Shown here piece by piece: positions 51,179-63,100 of a stretch of 64,000 nt of DNA. Made by a program: the position numbers and the translations under genes. Each line of letters begins with the position of its first letter. Position 1 is the first letter of the stretch. Origin of the DNA: Candidatus Woesearchaeota archaeon (GTDB lineage: Archaea > Nanobdellota > Nanobdellia > SCGC-AAA011-G17 > JAGVZF01); assembly GCA_018302805.1 (NCBI GenBank), contig JAGVZD010000003.1, positions 6,538-70,537 of the forward strand, written 5' to 3'. Under the pieces are notes generated by a model. That model was not told where the DNA came from. It saw only the letters and a list, made by a program, of their open reading frames with translations, and searched no databases.

Positions 51179-54100
51179 ATGAATTTAAAAACATTTTATC
51201 AGGATAAGAAAGGATGGATAAAAAGAAATCCAATATTTTTGTTAATTTCTTTAATAATTGTAATTGTAACTATTATCTTATTTGTAGGTTTTACAAAAGC
51301 AGATGGTACTTGTGTAGCTCCACCAACTGGATTAGTTAGTTGGTGGCCTGCTGATGGAAATACTAATGATATTACTGATGGTAACAACGGAACTCTTAGG
51401 GGTGGAACAACTTTTGCCACAGGTAAAGTAGGTCAAGCATTTACCTTAGATGGCATAGATGATTATGTTGAAGTTGCAGACGCCTCAAACTTAGATATCA
51501 CTAATGCATTAACAATTGACGCTTGGATTTATCCGCAAGCTATCGAAGCATGGGATAGGGTAGTTTATAAAGGAGAAGGCGATTCACTCAATAATGTTGC
51601 TTATGTTCTCGGATTAAGTGCTAATGGTGGAGTTTATTTTGGATTGTTTCAAGGTAATTCACAGTTATATATTAATGGTGGGGCAACAACGATCCTTATA
51701 AACAATTGGACTCATATAGCAGGTACTTGGAATGGATCCTTGATGCAAATTTATGTAAACGGAGTTCAACAGACAGAAACACAAGGACTAACAGGATCGA
51801 TAAATAGTGTTAATGCACCTCTTAAAATAGGTATTGGTGCTTCAGGTGGTTCACCTCATGCATTCTTTGGTCTTATAGATGAACCAGGTGTTTACAATCG
51901 AGCACTTAACCAAACAGAAATCCAATCTATTTATGATGCTGGAACAGCAGGGAAGTGTAAAGTTCAAGATACTACTCCACCTGCAGTTTTAGGCGAACCT
52001 AATTTAACAGTTACATTAAATACTGCAACTGTGAAATTCACTTTAAATGAACCATCAAATACCACAACAATTTATGGTACTATATCAGGTGGACCTTATC
52101 CAAATTCAGTTTCTAACTCTTATTTCAGTACCCAACCATATTATACCCTAACTAATTTGAGTTCTTCTACAACTTATTATTATAAGACAACTTTCTGTGA
52201 TCAGAATGGAAATTGTTTTACTTCTCAAGAGCTTAGTTTTTCAACATCTATACTTAATTGTGCTGCCCCCCCATCTAATTTAGTCTCGTGGTGGCCAGGA
52301 AATGGCATCAGCACAGATATAGTTGATGGTAATCATGGAACATTAATGAATGGGGCAACATATACTACGGGATTAGTTAATCAAGCATTTAGGTTTGATG
52401 GTGTAAACGATTATGTAAATATTAATCCTGATTTTTTGGATGGTGTGTGCCAGGGAACAATTGATTTATGGTTTAAGAGAGGACCATGGACAGAAGGTTA
52501 TACAACTCTATTTACTAAATCAAATGGTGGGAGTTGGGTAAATAACCATATACAAATTTCTAGAGACAGCACAACAGATTACATTGCCCTTACAATATCC
52601 AATAATGCTCAGTCAACACAAAATAATGTGCGAGTTGGTCCAATAAATGAAAACATATGGTATCATATTGCCATGACTTGGAGCGGTTCTAATCTTAAGG
52701 GTTATTTAAATGGAGTAGAGCAATCTTCTGTTGCAACGACAATATGTCTTCCAAGTGATAGTACCTTAGTTGCAATAGGCAAAGGTGCAGCTGGTACAAA
52801 TAGATATTTCAATGGATCAATTGACGAAATAGAAATCTTCAATCGAGCACTTAACCTAACTGAAATTCAATCAATTTATAATTCAGGTTCAAGTGGCATA
52901 TGTTTACCAGATGCGGACAACGACACAATTTATGATTATTCGGACCGCTGTCCTGGGACTAATCAGCAGGATAACACAACTTTTGAAATTGCAACAGGTT
53001 GCAAACAATCGCAAGTGGATTCAAATCTAGATGGCTTTTGTAATCCAGGCATTAATTTTAGCACTGTACTTTGCGTTTTTTCTTGCGCAACACCGCCATC
53101 TAACATAGTTAGCTGGTGGCCAGGAGACGGCAATGCTGATGATATTATTGATAGTAATAGTGGTACGCTTCAAGGTGGAGCTTCCTATTCAACAGGACTA
53201 ATTAACCAAGCATTTAGTTTCAGCACAAATGGCTATGCAATCACGCCTTCTCGTCCTGTTTCGAGTTTAATTGCCAATACTTTTACTATAGAATTCTGGG
53301 CAAATCCTGGATCAGTTTCAGATAGGCCGACATTTGGATTTGCTGGCAGTGGGGTTAGCAATTCAGCAAATCCGGTTGCTTCCTATGACACTGGTCTTAA
53401 CTTTGGTAACGGTGCAGGTTATCAACTTATGCAGGCATTGCCAAATGCTGCCGCAAATGCATGGACTCATTATGTAATTGTTGATGATGGTTCTAATTAT
53501 CGTGTTTATGTAAATGGTGTTCAGCAATATAGCCAAGCAATATCAGTTAATCCTACCTCTTCTTCCAATAGACAATTTTTATTTGGTCAATCCGGCTTTA
53601 GCAGTGGTTATGAACATTATTTTAATGGAAAAATAGATGAATTCATAATCTATAATCGTTCACTTAACCAAACTGAGGTCCAGTCAGTTTATTCTTCTGG
53701 ATTATATGGGAAATGCGCACCAGATGCGGACAACGACACAATTTATGATGTAATAGACAATTGTCCTCTTGTCTCGAATTTCAATCAAAGTAATAGTGAT
53801 TCAATACAGCTAGGAAAATATCCAAATTACTCAGGTTGGTCTGATAGTAGGATATCAACTTGTGGATCACAAGGAATTATGGGTGGCTACAATATTTTTG
53901 GTACTGGAGCAAGTACTTCAAAAATATTTGACTTACCTTCAGGCACGCACACACTGAATTTTACTTTTGTAAAGATTGATTCTTGGGATAGTGAATTTGC
54001 CCGGGCTTATGTAAATGATATTCAAGTTTGGAACAAACAATATACACCCACAGATGGAATTCAGATATGTGGTGGAGGGTTTAATTGGTATGAAATTATT

Positions 54101-57100
54101 GATCCGATTAGCGTCCAATTTAATCATTCTGGTGGACCGCTTGTACTTAGATTTGATTCTACAATTGATGGTGGTCCTACTGATGAAAGCTGGGGTTTAG
54201 ACAATATAAGAATTGTTGGAGATAGTTTTGGTGATGCTTGCGATAATTGTCCAAATGTCGGAAATCAAAACCAGAATTCAAATGTTTGCACAGATTCAGA
54301 TAATGATGCTGTTTTAGATTCTGTGGATTATTGTCCAAGTACAAGCCAATCAGATACCAGTTTATTTGAAATTGCAACAGGTTGCAAACAATCTCAAGTG
54401 GACACAAATTTAGATAATATATGTAATGAAGGGTTAAATTTTGCAACAACACTTTGTACATTTGCATGTTCTCCAATATTAAATGGCCTTGTAACCTTAT
54501 GGCCTGCAGAAGGTACACCAACAGATGTAATAGATTCTAATCATGGAACTATTCAAAATAGTGTTTCTTATGTAACAGGTAAAATAGGCCAGGCTTTTAG
54601 CTTTAGCAATAATGCCTACATAACTACATCCACTTATTTCCCTACACTGTTAAATAATTTTTCATTTACTCTATGGGTAAAACCAGCGTCAACACAAGTT
54701 ACCTATGCTGATATTTTTGGCAATCATGCTGATGGGTATAAAGGTATAGTTTTGCAGCAGGATGTTTCAAATACAAATTCATATAGTTGGGCTTATGGAT
54801 CTGGCTCAGCGTGGCTAGGAGTTCCACCAGTCCCATTCACTGCAAATACTTGGCAACATATAGCTGTTGTTAAGGATACTAATTATTGTTATCTGTATGT
54901 AAATGGTGTTGAAAGAAGCAGAGGAAATTGTCAAGCACCCGTAGTTCCAAATCCAAATTTAAATTTTATGATTGCACGAGGATATACAAGTGATCGTGCG
55001 TTTAATGGTGCTATTGATGATTTCGCAGTTTTTAATAGAACGTTGTCTGTTTCTGAAATACAAACAATTTATAATTCAGGTTCTGGGGGAATTTGCAAGC
55101 CGGACAATGATAATGATACAGTTCCGAATTTTCAAGATAAATGTTCTTCCACCAGCCAATCTGATACTAGTTTATTTGAACTTGCAACAGGCTGTAAACA
55201 AAGCCAAGTCGATTCTGATCTAGATGGAATCTGCAATCATGGTTTATCATTTGCAACATCTCTTTGTACGGCAAGCTGTTCAATTGCTCCCACAGGAATC
55301 GCTAGTTGGTGGCCTGGAGATGGGAATGCTAATGATATTGTTGATAATAATACTGGGATTCTTCAGGGAGGAGCTACATTTGCAACTGGTTTTGTAAATC
55401 AGTCATTTAGTTTTGACGGATCAAATGATTACATTGATACAGGATACGGTAGATTTTCCTCTATAGTTGACACATTTACAATTGAATTCTGGGCTTATCC
55501 TTTGGCAACAAGGACAGCGACTTCTGAGGCAACATCTGGTGCTACTGGAATAAGCGGCCAAAGATACGCAATCTTTCCTGAACATGGTGTGTATTTAGGT
55601 GGTGGATCAAACGCAGGAGCAGGCGTGTCTGTTGGTACCAATGGAATTAGTGTATTTGAACACGCCGCTAATTACATGCCATCATTATTGGTATATAATG
55701 CTCCCATATCAGGCTGGAATCATATAGCTGTAGTATACACAAATAAACAGCCTAAACTTTATTTAAACGGTCAATTAGTCAGAACTGGATTAACAAGTAC
55801 AACGGTTGTGCATCCTGGAAATGATATTGGTGAAACTGGAACAACTTATGGTTATTACAGTGGCTTAATAGATGAAGTAGCAGTTTATAATAGACCGTTA
55901 TCTTCATCTGAAATAGGACAGATTTATGGTGCCCAAGCTGCTGGCAAATGCAAAACACAACTGCCCCCTTCAGCTGTATTCCTAATTCCAAATGCATCTT
56001 CTTCTTTTAATCTTAATTCCACCATTAGATGGTCTATCAGTGATCCTGACAGTGAATTGTTCACTTCAAATGTATTTTACAATAATGGAACTCAAATAGT
56101 ATTTATTGATCAGACTGCAAGTACAAATCTATTCTGGGATACTTCACTTTTAACAGAAGGACTTTATTCGTTATTGTTAAATGTATCAGATGGACAAAAT
56201 TCCATAAGTATTAATTCCGATCAATTCAAAATTGATCACACAAGTCCTACTATAACATTAATAAGCCCCAGAGATAATGATATCAGATATGGAGGATCAT
56301 TGCAATTTTCATTTAATGCATCAGATAATTTTGATATAGTATTATCTTGTTCGTTAGTTATTGATGAGCAAAGAAATTTAGCTATTTCAGCTATTCGTGG
56401 GGTTACAACTACACTTACTGTAGGAAACTTAAGTGAGGGGCTTCATAATTGGAAAGTTGTGTGCACTGATTCTGCAGGGCTTAGAAGTGAAAGTAATTCA
56501 AATACTTTCACCATGGATAACTCAGTTCCCTCAATAGAAGCTGTTAATTTTGCGAACACATTTACAGGAGAACAAGTAATATTAACAGTAAATGTTACTT
56601 CAGTTCGTCAACTTTCATCAGTTCAAGCAACAATTCCAACAGTTGCACAAAATGGTACTCAAATTAATAGTACAATATCACTTTCTTTTGATAATAATAC
56701 TTTATTATTTACTGGAACCTTTGCAGCACCACCTCAACCAGGTACATATATTTCGTCAATTAGTGCCGCAAATATAATAGGTGGTGTAGCAATTCAACAT
56801 GTACCATTTACTATTCTTCTAGGAGTAGATTTAGTTATTGAACCAGAATCTATTTCTATATTACCATTAACACCATTTACCGGTTCTATTACGTCTGTAA
56901 CAGCTCTAGTAAAAAACATTGGTAACAGAGATGCATTTAATGTGAATGTTTCATTAAGTTCTTTAGGTCAAAATCTCTCAAGTGTAAAAATCAATGTCTC
57001 AGCCAATGGAACCACAACAGTTGTACTTCCGTGGGATACGAAGGGTTTTGCAGGTAATGTTCAAATTTCAATAAGAGCTTTAGGAATATTTACTGAATCA

Positions 57101-60100
57101 AATTCATCAAATAACATTGCACTTAAAACATTCTTTGTAGATGGACATGACTTATCTGTAACATCAATTAGTTTCATTCCAGCTTCTCCAGTATTTTCAG
57201 GAGAAACAGTAGGAATAATTGCAACCATCAGAAATAATATTAATGCAACTGCTGATTCTATCCGAGTAAATTTCTACGAAGGAACAGTTGATCTAGATCA
57301 TTTAATTGGATTTAGTGATATAGTATCGATAAACGGTAGCACTCAAAAAACTTCAAGTATAAATTGGCAAACAGCAGGACTACTTGGAAATAGAACTATA
57401 ATTGTTGAAGTAAATCCACAAAATTTCCCTGCAGAAGTTGAAAGAACAAATAATCGTGCCAATACAACATTTGAGCTCACTAGATTTGTTGCAGAACAAA
57501 TTCCAGACTTAATTACTTTTTTGAAAACTCCCCTTTTAAATGAAACAAATCAAAGCATAAGGGGTATAACTTCAAATGATTTCACAGGAGACGGAAAAAT
57601 AGATTTTGCAATTGTAACAAATTCCGGAAATTTAGTATTGTACGAAAATAATATAACTTCAGTATCTGAAATTGGAAATAAAAATATTGTTGTGTTCAAT
57701 CGTAATCAGATTGTAAATCTAGGAGAATTTACTCAAGGATTAGCTTCTGCAGATTTCCAGTTTGATAATTTCCCAGACATTATTGTAGGAACTTTAAGTG
57801 GAAAAGTATATCTCTTTAGAAATACAAATGGCATAATTCCACAAAATGGCGAAGTTATTTTTGATGCAGGTGACGATGTCTATGGTTTAACAATAGGAGA
57901 TGTTGATAATGATAATGATTTTGATATAATTACAGGTAATAGAATTGGTCATGTTGACTTTTTTATAAATAAAGGTCCCAATACATTAATATTTGAATTC
58001 AATAAAACTATCACCACAAGAGATCAACCTTATGGCTTAACAACAGGAGATTATGACCTTGATGGCCATATTGATATGATGATTGGAGATAGACTTGGTC
58101 AATTAGAGAGAATTGTATTTGAATCAAATAATTATAATGGATTCTTATTTGCTGACATTGGCGAATTTGCACACGGTTTAACAACTGCAGATATAGATTA
58201 TAGTGGCAAACTTGACCTATTTGCACTAGGCTTTAATGGAAATATTAATTTGTATTATAGTAGAGAAGGTGGCTTAGTTGCAGAACCATTAATTGTGGGA
58301 AATAAAAGAGAATCTTCTGGACTTTCATCAGGAGATTATGACAGGGACAATGATATAGATTTAATTGTAGGGTCTAATACCGGTGAGATTACTTATTTTG
58401 AAAATTCTCTTAGAATTCAAAAAAGCTTTTCACCTTTAGCAAGCCCTCCGCTTAGACCAATTCAAATATTCACAAACTTCAAAAACCCATATGCAAGACA
58501 AATGATTAATGTAACACTTCAAGAAAAGCTTAGCGAAAATCTGACTTTTGTGCAGGATTCATTCAGAGTTGATGATTTAAATAGTGCTGACCTTCATTTC
58601 TATGACACATCGCTTGATACCCCACAATCAAGATACCATTTCTATTTAAATCTTCCAAGCACAGTATTTGTAAAAAGGTGTTCAGCAACAGGAGAGTGTG
58701 GGGGTGCAGGAAGTTTCATCTATTCAGGAACTGCAGATATAATCGGAAATTCAATTACTATATCAAATGTACTAGATATTTTTAATCACATGCAGTCTAT
58801 ATATTTGCGTGAAGGATTTTCACTTGAATACATTGTCAAGTCCATGACTCCAAGTCCTCAAATATCTGCAAAATCTCAAATTAATTATACCCTACTTGGA
58901 CTGTTTAATACTCAACCTACAAGTTTCTTATTAAGTGATGATGTATCAAATTTAAATGATCAACTAGCAAATTCTAAGAATATAAATCCACTTCCATATA
59001 AAAATGATAAGGCATTTGCAGAAGCACTTATAAGAATCCCAGATTTTACTCCAATAGATATTATTTTCAGGAATCAAGAAACTATAGTACCCGGAGAAAC
59101 AATAATCTATGATGTTGTAGTTCAAAATCTGAATAATATCTCTATAAATAATGTTAATATAACATTTTTTGCAGATGGAAATAGGTCCTTAGGTTCACAA
59201 TTATTTAACATTGGAGCTTACGGAACCTCAATTATTAGGGGTCCTTCATTTACAAGTACATTCAACACACCAAGTATCAAAGTTATTGTAAACCCTGGAA
59301 ATACTGAATTTGAAACAAATAACATAAATAATGAAATTACTGAATATATAGGTACGGCAAATGCCACAGACCTAGCAATTGTTAATATTATATCAGATAA
59401 ATTAATCTATCAAGAAGGAGAACAAATTAGTTTTAATGTTACTGTAAGAAATGTAGGTACCGAACCAAATAGTTTTGGCTCGGTTGAAATAAAAGAACAC
59501 TTTAGGGGTGATTGTGGTGGTGTTCCAGATAATCTTAAACTAAGTTGTATTGTAAGTAACGATACTCAAATACCTCCAGGCGGATTTTGTGATCACGGAA
59601 TGACATCTAGTAATTCAAATACAGGTTCAATAAATCCTGGTGAAGAGAAAAGTTTATTATTTAATTATAGGCTTGGAAACTATAAGGCTAGATCCCAGGG
59701 TAACTATTTCATTAGTGCCATTCTTGGCAACATAAATGGAAGAAGCTCAAATATTGATTCATCTTTAATCAACAATGTTAAATTTACTCAAGAACCAATT
59801 GAAGTACTACCTTCACCAATAGATTTACAATTGGATTATGATTTACCACCTTTTGTATGTGGTCTAGAAAACTTACATCCCCTCTCACTGTCAATATTGA
59901 ACGAGTCCACAGTTCAAATTACTTATGACCAATTTAATAATGGTGGCCAAGATATAAATACACCATTTGATACATTGCTTTACTTAGACAATAATGATTC
60001 CATCCCACTTGCAAGAGTTACAACTAGCTTTATTATGAATCATTCTTCCAAAACTGAGGTTAAACAATTTTATCTAACAAATTTAACACCTGGTGACCAT

Positions 60101-63100
60101 AGAATTTATTTATATCTAGATTATGGCCAAAGCCAAGAACAATCTACTGCTAGGGCAGTTTCTGATCAGGGTTTTGAATTAACTGCTTCAATTCCTGGAA
60201 TAGTGGGGGAGGGAGAAACAACCACTCTTTTAATAGCCCCAATAAATAATGGATCTTCAATTTCCTTGATAAGAAATGAAATTGAGGTAAGATCAGCCGG
60301 ATTTACTCTTCAAGTGATTCCACATTCAATTAATTATGTAATTATAAAGAAGAATAATAATCAACCAATCCTAACAATCGGAGATTTAGTTGAAGTTATT
60401 ACAAATGGTGGATTAAATTCATCAAACGCTCCTATTGATTTGTCTAACTTTATTTCAATAGATGCAACATCTGCAAATTTAACAGATATGTTACATAATA
60501 AATCTTATAAATTATCAATTCCGGGTTCATTAACAGAATCAATAGAATCAATCAGACATAAGAATTATGTTGATTTCAGATGGAAAGAAATAATTGCATC
60601 TGATTTATTAATAAATCCATCTTTTGCTGCTCCAAGAGATTTAGTTACTATTTCAGCCTCTATAAGTAATGACGCTGATTTCCCATCAGGTGAATTTACA
60701 GTTAAACTTGTTATTGATGGAATTGTACAAGATCAAAGACTATTATCTCTAGGGGCAGGCGAATCTCAACCAGTTTCTTTTACTTATATAATACCTACAA
60801 GTGCAGTTTTATCGCATGATATTAAAATAATTGCAGATAGTGAAAATGTTATACTTGGAGAAGATGAATCAAACAATCTTGTAGAATCTTCTATTGCCAT
60901 CTCAGCAGATTATGAGCTCAACATTTTATCACGAGAAAATGGTATTAATAAATTATCCACCTTTGCTTTCGTTGATAATAATTTTGTATCACAACCAATT
61001 GGCTATGAAACGGTGAACATGGAATACGATGCAGCACCTTACTTTTTTGATTATGATTCAGATGGAGATTTGGATTTATTGGTTGGTTCCCTAGATGGAA
61101 AAATATATAGTTATGAAAATAAAGGTGGCAGTATATTTGAGGAAACTACCTGGGAAAATCTTGAAAATGTTCCTCAACAAATAATTATAAACGCTCAAAA
61201 TCAAGGTAATTTAGTTAGTAGAATTTCCACCTTAGATACTGGTGCAAGATCTGTACCAAGATTTATTAATATTAATGGAGATAATTATCCTGAATTAGTT
61301 ATCGGAGATGCACATGGTAGGCTTAGGATGTATCAGAAATTATCATTATTTGTTCCTGGTATTGGGATTAGATCCTTATGGAATTTAACAAATTTAAATA
61401 TCCTTAATAATCATAACCTAAAATTAACAAAGGTAGTCCCAGCATTTGCAGACCTTGATGCTGATGGTGATTCAGATCTTATTTTGGGAGATTCATCTGG
61501 ATTATTAAGAGGTTTCGAAAGAACAAATCAGAACAATACATTATTTTCTCCAATAGATTGGGGGTTGAATGGAATATCAAGTGATGGAAATTCAGCACCA
61601 TTCTTATTTGATCTAAATGGAGATAATGACTATGATTTAATTATTGGCAGTCATTCTGATATTACTATTTATGAAAATATTGGAAATGCTTCACAACCTT
61701 CATGGCAATTATCAGCCACAATTACTAATTTAACATCCAATAATACTGATTTTATACCGGCATTGGCATTTGCTCAAGGAATAAAAATGGTTTTAGGAAG
61801 TAATAATCCTCAACAAATGGATTTAAGAAAAGGATACTTTGAACCTGTTGGTGTTCAAGTAATAAATTATGCGCAAAATGAGATGGAATTAAATAGAATC
61901 TCCTTATTCGCAAAAGACAGAATTTCTGGTGCCTTAATAACATATTTATTCCAAGACGGTCCATTCGAAAAAAGACTGCTTAATCCTAGATCGTTCAATT
62001 GTGCAGATCCAATAGATGTTATATTTAGTGGATATCGTATAAAAGCTGTTGATGCCTTAGAAAAAGAATATAAGATTAATATCCCAAGCGATTTACCATC
62101 CAACGTAGAATTAAGTGCGAGAGCCGATAAGGTTGAAAATGTTAATCCACCATATTTCTATATTTATGGGGAAGGTGGTTGTGGCCCAACAACATATCTC
62201 GGAGGAGTAAAAGGAGCTCCAATTTATACATTAAACCCTCAGTTAAATTTAAACACATTTGATATTTTTGTGAATGAAAATGAAATTTATGAAATGAGTG
62301 GTTCGTACAAAGTTTTCATTAATAATACTCTTGTCCATGAACAAATTTGTGACGCCGATAAATTCTGTCCAATTTTTGGCCTTATTCCTAACCAAATAAA
62401 TACAATCTCTGGAGGTGGAGAAATAATTAGACATTCAATTGAAGAAAAATCTTTATTTGATATTGTTGAAGCAACTCAGCCTCCATTAGAATTGAGGATA
62501 GAAAATGCTTTTGGTTTAGAAATTAAGCCAAGTTACATTGAAGAAATTGTTGTTTCTTTAAAAAACAATAATAGAAGAGATTTTGAAATTGACAGGATTT
62601 CATTGGAACTTATAAATAATGATACTATAGTTGATTTATTTACTGATACAAATGCATTCAGTATTACACCAAATGAAAAGGTATTCAAGTCATATAATGT
62701 TCTTATACCAGTAGGAATCTCTCCTGATTCTACACTAGTTGCAAGAGCAATTGAAAAAAATAGTTTTGCTGATAATCAATATTCAAGGAATTCTATATCA
62801 GAAATACTTCCAGAACCAATTGAAAATGATCCATTAACAATTATCTCTGATCTTTCACCAAATGCTATCTATAATTCAAGTTCAGTCAATCCAATAATAG
62901 ATGAACAAGTTTTAGGTGGATATCAATATCCTTATCTTGTTGATTATTGTAATGTATGTGGTACTCAGCGTCCTTTTGAATGCACCAAGGCAAATAATAA
63001 CTTCTTAAAAAAGCAATCTTGGATATCCCAAACAGTATACAAAGCAGAATATCAGCTCCTAATGAGACAAACATGCGAACCTGGTTGTTTCGATGAGAAA

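Noticed and set aside
51206-51230. KKG|W class III (prepilin-like) signal in giant protein 2
   Set aside because: Charged residues (KR) and Pro follow the putative cleavage site; a standard Sec signal or anchor fits better
52906-55270. CRISPR array or DGR template/variable repeats
   Set aside because: Repeats are in-frame coding linkers spaced 0.8-1.4 kb apart, with no adenine-specific mismatch pattern and no cas or reverse transcriptase in the window
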